DNA from: Candidatus Heimdallarchaeota archaeon
Lineage (GTDB): Archaea > Asgardarchaeota > Heimdallarchaeia > JABLTI01
Length of the DNA: 64,000 nucleotides
Assembly: GCA_018238155.1 (NCBI GenBank)
Contig: JABCTZ010000019.1
Location: 1 to 64,000, forward strand
Direction of reading: 5' to 3'
Part shown: piece by piece, positions 10,400 to 19,466 of the stretch
How positions within the stretch are numbered: position 1 is the first letter of the stretch
How the letters are laid out: each line of letters begins with the position of its first letter
Made by a program: the position numbers and the translations under genes
Notes under the pieces: model-generated
What the model saw: the letters and a program-made list of their open reading frames with translations, nothing else
Told to the model about the DNA's origin: nothing
Database searches by the model: none

Positions 10400-11095
10400 T
10401 CACCCCTTATGTTTTAAAGAAAAAACCAAAGAAGGCTCTTCCATAAGTAAACTTTCAATGTTCTTCAGAATTCCTTTTTTCTTCCCTACTTTACTATGCC
10501 AATACATCGAAGCTATTTTTTCAGCTAATTGCTCTATTGATCGTTTATTAGCTGGAAGAATTCTCTTTTTTTCTCCCTCTAATTTCTCTCTCTTTTCCTC
10601 ATATTTTGCTAATTTAGAATAATAATTTCTTGTTGCTTTTTTCAGATCTACCAGTGAACTTTTTGGTATTTTTTTCTGATGTTTCAGACAGTGGAATAAC
10701 CTCAATTCTTGCAATGATATGCGTTCAAATTTATTGTTGAAAAAATCTTCAAGGGTAAGACAGCAATTCTTTTTGCCAGTAGCATCTCGAGAGTATATTA
10801 GTAATCCACTCTCTTCTAATGCATCACAATATTTCTTTGTCTGATCCCAAGACCAAGGAAGTGCGGAACGAATTTCATGCAAACTCTTACTAGATAATTC
10901 CCCCATCTCAAATAATTCATTTATCCAATTGACGAGGAATGCGTGTGTTCGTATGAATCCTTTTTGAGCTATAGTTTTGATTACTAGGCTCAAATTTCGA
11001 TGATTGTTCTTCTTCACTAGTTTATAATCATGTTCTCGTTGTAGACAAGCAACATTCTCATGCAACAATGCTATACAATCTTTCTCAAAAACCAT
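10400..11095 (-). CDS. Putative winged-HTH DNA-binding protein in the cas1-cas4 operon
   Basis: SLHEIRSALPWSWDQTKKYCDALEESGLLIY resembles a wHTH; tightly packed between cas1 and cas4. Confidence 0.5.
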   Translation of the reverse strand: MVFEKDCIALLHENVACLQREHDYKLVKKNNHRNLSLVIKTIAQKGFIRTHAFLVNWINELFEMGELSSKSLHEIRSALPWSWDQTKKYCDALEESGLLIYSRDATGKKNCCLTLEDFFNNKFERISLQELRLFHCLKHQKKIPKSSLVDLKKATRNYYSKLAKYEEKREKLEGEKKRILPANKRSIEQLAEKIASMYWHSKVGKKKGILKNIESLLMEEPSLVFSLKHKG

Positions 11096-11108
11096 AATCT
11101 TACCACCT

Positions 11109-13127
11109 TCAATTTACCTCATCAATCGATAAAGGCTTAAAAACAAAATTCTCTGAAAAGAACCGTTGAGAGAAAGTTTGTATTTGTTGCCGTTCCTTTT
11201 GAGTTAAAACATCTATCCTCTTTGTTTGTTGTAGCTTCTTCCAAAGAGTGAGTAGTTTGCTATTTGTTGATTGTTCTCTGCCTGTTAATTCTACAGAATG
11301 ATTTGCCAGTTTATTCACGAGTTCTTTCTGTTGCTGAAGATAGCTTTCATACGCTCGTTTAAGGTTCGTGTTTTGTCCCGAGGTTAAACTTATTGTTGTA
11401 TTAAGAGCACGCAAACCGATTTTTCTAATGAGTGTGTGAACATCTGAGTTGGGTTCAACACAGTAGTACGGGTCATAGCGTTTCCCTCGATTGACTAGAA
11501 AGTCGCCAGGACGTATTTCTTCGTTTCGGATTGCTTCATGAATCCAGAGTAAAGCAATGATCTTAGCTTGTTCGATAGTATCCAAGTATAAACCGAAGGA
11601 ATAACCTCGATGACACCAGCCACGAAAACCATCCCAAGCAAGAGAAATGACATTATAGATCTCCTTCTTCAAGTATGAAGTAATGATCAAGTTGACACCA
11701 TTAATAAGAGAATCATAAGCAGAACGAGCATAGAAATAGGCAAAGGGAAGGAACCGTTCAAAACGAACCATACGAGAAACGCTACGAGCGGGAGTCAGGA
11801 AACCATATTTCTGTGCTTCACGTTTTAATGGTTCAACCATCAAACTACTAACACCACCTTCATATCTTTGCCACTGCTTGAAATGAAGACTAGGCACACT
11901 CCAATAATTGCGAATAGTGTCTTTCATGTTGTCTAATGCATCGATAAAATAGATTTTCAGGTCAGCATCAACAAATTTTCGTATCTTCGTTTCAATAAGC
12001 GTTACTCGTGTTCGAAGGTTTGCTTGAAAAGTAGGGATATTGAGAATACTGCTAGCAATAAGGAGCTCATTACCACCAACCTCTTTATCCTGTGGTTCGA
12101 CACTTTCGATAGTATCAATTGGGGAATAGAGTCTGATTTTATAGTAGAGTTTGAGACCTGTTGCAGGATCAATCTTGTGGAGTAGATTCTCAAGATAATG
12201 ATAATCATCCCAGTGCTTTGCATAAATATATTTTAACTTTCGAAGAGGAAAATAAGTCAGATCAGCAGAATGGACCAGCTCTTCTGTAGTGGTTTTACTG
12301 CCAATAAATAAGTTCTCTTCTTTAGTACGAAGAGTAAAACTGCCAGGTTTAATGATAGAAATACCATACCAATATTTTTCTAGAGAGTCGAGACTATCCT
12401 TATTTTGAGGTGGAAGTGTTTCGCCAGTAAGATCATGAAAGCTCTTCTGGAGAATGTCAAAATGACTGTCCCAATAGTACACACGATAATCATCAAAGTG
12501 CTCATCATATCCAAATTCCATAGGCGAACCACAGTGAGGACAGTAAAAAGTAGTAGAACCAATTCTGATGTTCTGCAAATAAAAACTAAATGCACCAATA
12601 ACTTGCTTGCAACGGTCAATCGGACAACGAAAGAATTCACCATCTCTATTCTCTCGAATAAAACGAGCCATCGTTCTACTCTTCAGTTGTCCAGGCACTC
12701 GACAGTTAAAGAATTCGCATTTGGGAGCATCACGAGGAACTGCTTGAAGAGCTACCCGGAGTTTCAAATGAGCAGCCATAAGCGAAGGATTGCTCTTGAA
12801 AGCAAGGTCTAATAATGTGCACCTTTGGATAGCAGATAACCACTGACAAGCACCACAATTAGATCGGTCATCAGTTGGAGCTTCATCTTCTTGAGGTTGT
12901 CCTTCTGAACTATAATATAACCGAACAGATCGTTCAAGGGATTGCTTGTCAGTATAATACTGAATATTTCCTTGGACAGCAAGGGTACGTAATACTTGAC
13001 AGATTTGTGAATGGCTCCTGTTTAAATTAATAGCAAGATCCTTACTTGAAACAGCTTGTGTGGGATCTACGCGGTCATGCACCAAAGATGCAACTAAAGA
13101 GCGAAGATCATTTCTACCTGTTCTCAT
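11109..13127 (-). CDS. cas1: Highly divergent Asgard-type Cas1 integrase with N-terminal wHTH and Cys-rich Zn-binding domains
   Basis: C-terminal Cas1 catalytic pattern YEG...ARSAYDSLINGVNL...GWCH..SFGLYLDTIE (canonical EG...D.vNalLN...GflH...L..DlmE). N-terminal wHTH, CGAC/CPxxxC/CPHC clusters. Start placed at MRTG (13127, GAGG upstream); the ORF track starts at 13193. Confidence 0.7.
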   Translation of the reverse strand: MRTGRNDLRSLVASLVHDRVDPTQAVSSKDLAINLNRSHSQICQVLRTLAVQGNIQYYTDKQSLERSVRLYYSSEGQPQEDEAPTDDRSNCGACQWLSAIQRCTLLDLAFKSNPSLMAAHLKLRVALQAVPRDAPKCEFFNCRVPGQLKSRTMARFIRENRDGEFFRCPIDRCKQVIGAFSFYLQNIRIGSTTFYCPHCGSPMEFGYDEHFDDYRVYYWDSHFDILQKSFHDLTGETLPPQNKDSLDSLEKYWYGISIIKPGSFTLRTKEENLFIGSKTTTEELVHSADLTYFPLRKLKYIYAKHWDDYHYLENLLHKIDPATGLKLYYKIRLYSPIDTIESVEPQDKEVGGNELLIASSILNIPTFQANLRTRVTLIETKIRKFVDADLKIYFIDALDNMKDTIRNYWSVPSLHFKQWQRYEGGVSSLMVEPLKREAQKYGFLTPARSVSRMVRFERFLPFAYFYARSAYDSLINGVNLIITSYLKKEIYNVISLAWDGFRGWCHRGYSFGLYLDTIEQAKIIALLWIHEAIRNEEIRPGDFLVNRGKRYDPYYCVEPNSDVHTLIRKIGLRALNTTISLTSGQNTNLKRAYESYLQQQKELVNKLANHSVELTGREQSTNSKLLTLWKKLQQTKRIDVLTQKERQQIQTFSQRFFSENFVFKPLSIDEVN

Positions 13128-13905
13128 GTAACCTCTTCTCCAGTATAAAATCATCAACCATAAGACTATGGGGACCGATAGAAGATTCATCAAGCCAAGG
13201 AGGAAGCTCCTGGTAATCGGTAAAGACTGAGAGAATAATCTCTATCAATTCTTTATCATTCAAATCGTTAGCTCGAGTAATTTCCACTTGATTGATCCGA
13301 GAAACAACCTCTTCAGAGAATAGTTGTAAGGAATTATCATCATAATCATCCGATTCTTCTCTCTTCGAATCCTTCGCATAAGCAATCGTTCGTTTAATCT
13401 TTTTGACCCACTCAAACCATTCCTGATACTCAGCAATTGATTTATCAACGGTTCGTTCCTTCAGTTGAAGGAAGGTCAGAAATTTAGGAACATTCTCAGC
13501 AGAAGGAAGAAAACCGAAGGAATGATCGTCACTACAACCATCTTCACTATCCAACTTATTAGCTAACCAAGCATTAAAACCGAAAAAACGAAACAAAGCA
13601 CTAGAAAGAAAAGGATGGTCAAGCTGAAGATCAACAACACGACGACGACCTGAACGATAATACGTAATAAGACCAAGATTTGCCAGTGACTTGAGACTAG
13701 AACCAATAGCATTAGGGGATCGGTCTAGAAACCGACAAAGAAAACCAACAATATTGACAAACTTGCATGTGAAATTCAAGATAAACAATAACTGAAGTGT
13801 AAGCAAAACTTCCTCCATAACAGGAGTGAATTTAACATTCATATTCAACTCAGCAAAACGATACTCGTCTACCTCTGTTAAGACAAGATTATTCTGAAAC
13901 TTCAT
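13114..13905 (-). CDS. ArsR/MarR-like winged-HTH protein, first gene of the cas1 operon
   Basis: LCRFLDRSPNAIGSSLKSLANLGLITYYRSGRRRVV. ATG start chosen because 13956-14070 is a repeat region. Its stop overlaps the cas1 start. Confidence 0.6.
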   Translation of the reverse strand: MKFQNNLVLTEVDEYRFAELNMNVKFTPVMEEVLLTLQLLFILNFTCKFVNIVGFLCRFLDRSPNAIGSSLKSLANLGLITYYRSGRRRVVDLQLDHPFLSSALFRFFGFNAWLANKLDSEDGCSDDHSFGFLPSAENVPKFLTFLQLKERTVDKSIAEYQEWFEWVKKIKRTIAYAKDSKREESDDYDDNSLQLFSEEVVSRINQVEITRANDLNDKELIEIILSVFTDYQELPPWLDESSIGPHSLMVDDFILEKRLHENR

Positions 13906-13955
13906 AAGATTTTTCTCCAACAGAACTCTCCGACAAAATTGCTTATAAACCTCTA

Positions 13956-14070
13956 ACTCACAAAAAATACCAGAATGCCTTCCCAATACTCACAAATAAT
14001 TCAGAAAACCAATGCACTTCTAGGTAAATTTACGCAAATTTCCTTCACTCACAAAAAATTCTGTAAACTC
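13956..14070. repeat. Three iteron-like direct repeats ACTCACAAAWAATW upstream of the cas1 operon
   Basis: actcacaaaaaataccag (13956), actcacaaataattcag (13988), actcacaaaaaattctg (14047). Confidence 0.7.
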
Positions 14071-14235
14071 CTTTAGTCCGCGCTATTCTTACTTCTAAGA
14101 ATGCCAATTTTCCTCTTCTTATCCCTTCTCATGACTAAATAAACCCCTCTTGTACATTAGCGAAAGTTAAACTCTATTCCTATTAACAAAGTACTCAAAG
14201 AAGAAAAAAATTGTTGAAATTTAAATTTGCTTTTT

Positions 14236-14358
14236 TCAAGATTCCAATTCATTCATTCGTTTCTCAAATGCATCAAGTCTTCTCCAAACTTCTTTTATTT
14301 GTTCATCAAGCTTTTGCTCTAGTTTGTCAATTCTTTTGTTTACGTACATGCTACTCAT
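14236..14358 (-). CDS. Unannotated 40-aa coiled-coil protein
   Basis: MSSMYVNKRIDKLEQKLDEQIKEVWRRLDAFEKRMNELES*; heptad pattern; GAGGA upstream. Confidence 0.55.
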   Translation of the reverse strand: MSSMYVNKRIDKLEQKLDEQIKEVWRRLDAFEKRMNELES

Positions 14359-14519
14359 TATTATCCTCTTCCTATATTGATTTTCTAATAGTTACTCGCG
14401 TTGGAACGTTAAGCAAGACCACTGTAAGTGGGCTTGTAGTGACCGCGAATCTGCGACTAGCAGAGCTATTAGGAATTTCTTTCTTCTATGAACACTACTT
14501 AAAAAATAGATTAGTATAT

Positions 14520-16094
14520 TTAATGATTTTCTTGTTTTACTAGGTTACTAAAAGTTTTTAAAAAATACCTTACAACTCCATTCCTAATTAGATTTTTTTC
14601 TATTTCTGTTCCAAAATGTTCTTCAATTTGAGAAAGCAATTTCTTATCATCTGAATCAATTCGAATATAACTTTCATAAAAAATCATTTTTTTTGCAAAG
14701 TATTTTAGTTGGGCATTTGGTCTCAAATCAAGGAAAACTGGTGCTGCTCTAAACCTTCTATATTGTATTCGACGTCCATGATAAAGTAAAAATTCCATCA
14801 AAGATTTTTTCTCCTCTGATAAAATTTTTTCAAGTACTTTTATTGATACTGCACTTTTTCCTGCTTCTATATATTGAACAGACTTAGTACTAATCCCTAG
14901 TTTCTGTGCAAACTCAAATTGTGTTGTTTTTTTTCTATATCCCTTTAGTAATTGTCCTAATCCAACTATTTGTAAATCTGATATTAAACTAAAATCAAAA
15001 TAGCCGTTTGGTATAGTGTCTTTCTTGAAATCTTGAAATTGATAAGAAATTTTGCTTTTTATCTCTCTTCCTTCTTTTAACTTTAAGAATTGCACCCTCT
15101 TTTCAGGATGACAACTGTACATTTCACTCTTGTATATTTGATTATACTTTCTAGGAATGTATATTTGAAATGTATTGTCTGGTCTTTCAGTTAATCTTGA
15201 CTTGATAGATAATGATACTAAGAATCTAGTGAACTCATTTACATAAAATTTACTTGCACTTGTGAATGTAATACTGCCACTAGCATAGCTCCCATCAGCA
15301 TCCATTACACCAGACCAATAATGTGAACGAAATGGTTGTTCTTGGAAAAGTAACGGCTCACGTAATTTTTGATATTTCCTTCCACCAATAGGTTGATTTG
15401 TAAGAAAAGAAAATAATCGTGCTACCCAGAGATTGGTAATAATGAGTTTCGGGCAATTCTCAGTTTGAAGTTGAATTCTCCCTGTTTGCTTGAATAATCG
15501 TTCGAACTGTTCCTTTAACTGTCGAATGTTTTCAATGGAATAATCAACAATATTGAGAACATATTTAGTGATATTCCCATCACCATTGACCATACCACAA
15601 AGATAAGCAAGCTCAGTAGTTAAGCTAGTAGGCATCGCAAAGGTTTCACCTCGAGAGGATTCAAGTATTCGTTCATGGAAATTAAGTTCAAAGTGATCCG
15701 GAAAGCAACGATAGAAGGGCAGGGGAACAGCACCTCGCTCGAGATACTTTCGAAGGATATCACGCCATTCGAGGATCTTACGATTATCAGATCGGTAAAA
15801 ATAATCACGCAATTTTTCAGCGACAAGAAGGTCTTGATTACTTACAAGTTCCTTTTCCTCCTCAGTAAGCTGAACATAGGGTAAACGAGCAAGGATACGG
15901 TCAGAATGTTTTTCCCGGACAAAATCCGCCCTGCGAACAAGGATAGGAAAAAGGTTGAGAATATTGGTACCTTCAAGAATGATTTCTTTTCCTCGATTGC
16001 TTTCTAGTAACTCATTGGCGTTTATCCACTGATTGACCGGCTTAACCTCTGCATCAAAATAGATCGAATCATTAAGCCAATTGAGCACTGCCAA
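14520..16094 (-). CDS. Stand-alone double-motif LAGLIDADG endonuclease with C-terminal XRE-type HTH
   Basis: LAYLCGMVNGDG and YWSGVMDADGS motifs; TQFEFAQKLGISTKSVQYIEAG; no intein splice junctions. Confidence 0.8.
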   Translation of the reverse strand: MAVLNWLNDSIYFDAEVKPVNQWINANELLESNRGKEIILEGTNILNLFPILVRRADFVREKHSDRILARLPYVQLTEEEKELVSNQDLLVAEKLRDYFYRSDNRKILEWRDILRKYLERGAVPLPFYRCFPDHFELNFHERILESSRGETFAMPTSLTTELAYLCGMVNGDGNITKYVLNIVDYSIENIRQLKEQFERLFKQTGRIQLQTENCPKLIITNLWVARLFSFLTNQPIGGRKYQKLREPLLFQEQPFRSHYWSGVMDADGSYASGSITFTSASKFYVNEFTRFLVSLSIKSRLTERPDNTFQIYIPRKYNQIYKSEMYSCHPEKRVQFLKLKEGREIKSKISYQFQDFKKDTIPNGYFDFSLISDLQIVGLGQLLKGYRKKTTQFEFAQKLGISTKSVQYIEAGKSAVSIKVLEKILSEEKKSLMEFLLYHGRRIQYRRFRAAPVFLDLRPNAQLKYFAKKMIFYESYIRIDSDDKKLLSQIEEHFGTEIEKNLIRNGVVRYFLKTFSNLVKQENH

Positions 16095-16172
16095 TTATTT
16101 TTCCTCAGCAGCTTTGGTCAAATAAGAAATAAATACTCTTCTCTAAAAGAATTATTTCTACCTTAAAAATAG

Positions 16173-16487
16173 CTATTTCTTTATTATTTTACGCTCTCTA
16201 TAATTTGATTCAGCAGTAAAATTCTCATCATCAGGATAGTATGAAGTTCTTACCCAAATAATCTTAGTTTTAAAATCAGGTTCACATGGAATATGTACAA
16301 ATCGACTATTTTCTAATTCCCCCCACAACAAGTACCGTCCATCTTTTGTATCCTCAATAACATCCCATTGTCGAACAATTTCTTCTATTTCATCTGGTGG
16401 TATACTTCGCTCTCTCCAACGAAGCTCTCCATGTCCTCTCTGAAAGCGAATAATAAATTCTTTGTTTTTTTCTTTAAAGTGGTTCAT
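16173..16487 (-). CDS. DUF4258-like (RelE/BrnT-fold) putative toxin
   Basis: H...R..ER.I...EI......VIED....RYLLWG......HI.......V.TSY.P pattern. Confidence 0.6.
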   Translation of the reverse strand: MNHFKEKNKEFIIRFQRGHGELRWRERSIPPDEIEEIVRQWDVIEDTKDGRYLLWGELENSRFVHIPCEPDFKTKIIWVRTSYYPDDENFTAESNYRERKIIKK

Positions 16488-16614
16488 GGAACTAGAGGGG
16501 GAAATATATAAATCTTGTGCATCTATACACTACACATGTGTTTATCCTCTGGATCTATTATTTGCTGAAATAGTGTTTCCATTTCCTAAATCTCATTTAT
16601 TGAATAACTGAACC

Positions 16615-17370
16615 GTGAGAAAAATGAAACAAAGTAATCCCTATTCTAAAGAAGAGAAATTTAGAGAACTAATAAAAGAAGCTTACAGAAAAGTCTTCAT
16701 CACGGAAAAACAAAAAACCGCACTTTTAGCAAAATATAATCGAAAGTATGATGGAGACGCTCTGTCCATGCAAGATAGAAATGCTCTGCGAATGCTAAGA
16801 AAAACTATAATACAGTATCGAACTTCTGTGTCTGAGTCTGCAATAGCTGCTCTAAAATTTGAAAGTGTTCTTGAATTACTTTCACTTGTGGATAAAAGCT
16901 CTGGTATTTATTGTCATGTTTGTAAAGTGGGAATATTAGTATCACGAACCGTGAGTTCTTGGATTGTGGGTAAGGATTATGAATTAATTTTAGAACAGAA
17001 ACCTGCGAAAGTATGTAGTAACAATACTTGTAAAAGTACTTCATTTAGCTTAGCAGTAGAGAAATATGAGGATGAGCTAATCAATGAAGTTGAAAAGCAA
17101 TTACGATCGATTAGAATTACAAACACCGAAAAATTAGATCAAAAGAAATGTCCGCAGTGCCGTTCAGAAACGTTAGAAGCAAACCATACTGGTGATGTAT
17201 ACAAATATCATCAGGGATTATATCATATCAAGATCAGGGATGTTCCACTAAAAGCATATTGCAACATTTGTCACTATCAAGAAGTAGGAGAAAATATAAT
17301 AATAGAATTGGAAAAATTAGAAACCCTCTTAGATACTGAAACACTCGAATTGTTGAAATTGGATGGCTAA
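16615..17370 (+). CDS. Protein with two YgiT/MqsA-type zinc fingers (putative antitoxin)
   Basis: CHVC..G...KPAKVC...C and CPQC...IRDVP..YCNIC. Confidence 0.6.
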   Translation: MRKMKQSNPYSKEEKFRELIKEAYRKVFITEKQKTALLAKYNRKYDGDALSMQDRNALRMLRKTIIQYRTSVSESAIAALKFESVLELLSLVDKSSGIYCHVCKVGILVSRTVSSWIVGKDYELILEQKPAKVCSNNTCKSTSFSLAVEKYEDELINEVEKQLRSIRITNTEKLDQKKCPQCRSETLEANHTGDVYKYHQGLYHIKIRDVPLKAYCNICHYQEVGENIIIELEKLETLLDTETLELLKLDG

Positions 17371-17420
17371 TAAATTAAATTCTCTCTGCTAATAACTATA
17401 CTAAACACTGTTATAAATTG

Positions 17421-17597
17421 CTATTTTGTCAACTCAAAAACTATCTTCTTTGACCCATCAAGATAACACAACACTTCTTCTCCAGGTTCAATATTGAGTG
17501 CCTCAACTAATTCTAATGGAATGCTGACCCGATGTGTTCCAGAACTGAAAATTATTTTTCTCTTAAAGATAATTTTAGGATCTTTTTCTTCATCCAT
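17421..17597 (-). CDS. AbrB/MazE/SpoVT-family DNA-binding protein (missing from the ORF track)
   Basis: MDEEKDPKIIFKRKIIFSSGTHRVSIPLELVEALNIEPGEEVLCYLDGSKKIVFELTK*; typical V.IP......L.I.PG..V motif. Confidence 0.8.
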   Translation of the reverse strand: MDEEKDPKIIFKRKIIFSSGTHRVSIPLELVEALNIEPGEEVLCYLDGSKKIVFELTK

Positions 17598-17653
17598 ATC
17601 TAATCACAATAAATGATGGTTTAAAATATTTAAAAATGCTGTTCAAATCGGTC

Positions 17654-17700
17654 AGAGAAGTGCTTATATATGATGACTAACAACATAATAATATGATGAT
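17654..17700 (+). promoter_or_regulatory. Putative BRE/TATA promoter of the cas7 operon with ATATGATGA direct repeats
   Basis: agagaagtgcTTATATAtg; atatgatga at ~17668 and ~17691, between the divergent AbrB and cas7 genes. Confidence 0.45.
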
Positions 17701-17721
17701 TGAGCTAATTGGTGAACAAAA

Positions 17722-18489
17722 ATGAATGTCTCTCGAAACTTTAAGCGAATAAAAATAACCGCAAAAACAGCAATAGCAAAACCCGGGAACGGGCAAATTG
17801 GGGGAGGAAATACCAAGAACTTATTACTAGTTCATAACGGACGAGGGTATGGGCGAGAAGGAAAGAGATACCTAGTGAAGGGATTAAGAGGATTGCTAAA
17901 TCATTCAATGATGGAGCTTGCAAAACAAAAAGGAATAGAAGTATGTCACTCATCGGACAAAAAAGAAACACAAACAGGAGAAAAATTGCTACCAGACGCA
18001 TTTCATCCAAACGGCTCGTGCTATCCAGAAGAGGAGTGCATAAGACACAGATTAATGGGTTCAATGAAAAAACAATCAGTGCTGCGATTTGAACCAGTAG
18101 TGATAGTATCGGATAATATAACAGGGGAGTTCGAAGACGCACAGAAAATACACATAGCAACGGACAAAAGAAATGCGCTAGTGCAAGGAACAAAAAGAAG
18201 CATACAAGATTTCGGAGAAAGATACATAGCAGGAGAATTTACCTATTCGATAGAATTATTGAAAGAAATCTCTCTAGAAGAAATGGGATTCTTACTGAAA
18301 AGTATTCTCTACATGCCAGAATTGCGGTGGGGTGCATCAGGAAATAATGGAGCGGGAAAATTAGAATTAGAAGAAGTAAATCTACAAGAAGTAATGCGCA
18401 CAAGAACTGTCAAGAAAGGAAAAGTGTCCGAAAAAGAAAATGAAAAAAATCTTTGGAAACAAATGGAGGAGGGACTTAAAGCTTGGTAA
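17722..18489 (+). CDS. Cas7-group RAMP (Csm3/Csf2-like) backbone protein
   Basis: KGLRGLL; C...C..HRLMGS...SVLRF Zn region; E..IAGEFTYSIEL; EMGFLL; G-loop WGASGNNGAGKL. Confidence 0.8.
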   Translation: MNVSRNFKRIKITAKTAIAKPGNGQIGGGNTKNLLLVHNGRGYGREGKRYLVKGLRGLLNHSMMELAKQKGIEVCHSSDKKETQTGEKLLPDAFHPNGSCYPEEECIRHRLMGSMKKQSVLRFEPVVIVSDNITGEFEDAQKIHIATDKRNALVQGTKRSIQDFGERYIAGEFTYSIELLKEISLEEMGFLLKSILYMPELRWGASGNNGAGKLELEEVNLQEVMRTRTVKKGKVSEKENEKNLWKQMEEGLKAW

Positions 18490-19466
18490 TAAGGGAAATA
18501 TATACACTAGAAGGAGAATTGCTGTCACCAATTATTGTTTCTTCATCATTGATAAAGAAAGGAAGAATTTGGATTAGAATAGTAAGGGAGTTAGGAACTG
18601 AAGAAAAACCACAAAAGAGCTTCACTGCGAAACTAATAAAGGGGGAACGAAAAGCACCAGACCATGTGAACGCATACAGAGGATTTGTGAGAATAACTAC
18701 AGTTGATTCAAACACATCTCGAGCGAAGAAAAACATTGATCTCTATCTTAACAAAGATTTCCTTGGAAGACGTGTAAACGAAGGATTTGGAAAAGTCAAG
18801 TGGTTGAATTATAAAATAGAAAATTACGTAAGAAATGCAACTGAAAAAAAACAAAAGAAATTCAGAATACGAAAAGGACTAGGACCAAATTATCCAAAAG
18901 AATTGCAAAGATTGCTTAGAGCTCTAATGTTACATGATTTTGTGGAAACAGAAAAACATCCAAGTAAGATATTCAAAGAAATTTCAATTAAGGATGAGGA
19001 AATAAGAGAAGCTTGCTTAAAACATCATAATGTAGGATACTGCAAGAATATACTACTCCCACTGGTCAGGTATTATGACCATTTAGCTGCATACATGAAC
19101 AGAAAAAGCGTACACATAAGAAACTGCAGATATGATTATGAGAATGGAAAAATAGATTTTGAAAAATTAGCTAATGACATAGAAGAAAGACAACAATCTG
19201 CCTATAAATTATATAATTTCATCTATTACTCAAAAGAATTAAGTAGAACAGTGGAAGCAATGAAATTTGGAAAAACATCTCTGCGAGATCATTTGTTGTT
19301 AATGGCTAATCTAGCTATACATGGCTACTGCAATAGGTGGTTAATAATGGAAAATGGAAAAATTGAACTCGAAAAGAAAATCTCATCATCGGTAACAAGA
19401 AAGGATGAACTTGAATGTGCTAAAGATGTTGAGATGCATCTGTTATCTAGTATGAGCAATGCTTAA
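18483..19466 (+). CDS. Cas5-like RAMP fused to a Cas10-type (permuted) HD nuclease
   Basis: YTLEGELLSPIIV first RAMP strand; FLGRRVNEGFGKV G-loop; LHDF, CLKHH, YYDHLA, SLRDH; overlaps the cas7 stop. Confidence 0.8.
   Translation: MVIREIYTLEGELLSPIIVSSSLIKKGRIWIRIVRELGTEEKPQKSFTAKLIKGERKAPDHVNAYRGFVRITTVDSNTSRAKKNIDLYLNKDFLGRRVNEGFGKVKWLNYKIENYVRNATEKKQKKFRIRKGLGPNYPKELQRLLRALMLHDFVETEKHPSKIFKEISIKDEEIREACLKHHNVGYCKNILLPLVRYYDHLAAYMNRKSVHIRNCRYDYENGKIDFEKLANDIEERQQSAYKLYNFIYYSKELSRTVEAMKFGKTSLRDHLLLMANLAIHGYCNRWLIMENGKIELEKKISSSVTRKDELECAKDVEMHLLSSMSNA

Noticed and set aside
14391-14470. Known self-cleaving ribozyme (hammerhead, twister, pistol)
   Set aside because: Core consensus motifs could not be matched on either strand.
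14211-14543. 110-aa + strand ORF and other short antisense ORFs in the track (e.g. 5399-5584, 12405-12812, 17741-18193, 59622-60065)
   Set aside because: They overlap better-supported genes on the opposite strand or in another frame and have no recognisable motifs.
9439-16512. Casposon-like terminal inverted repeats (tttatatgcccc at ~9440 and gggggaaatatata at ~16497)
   Set aside because: Short, imperfect and facing outward; a similar ggggaaatata also occurs at ~49803.
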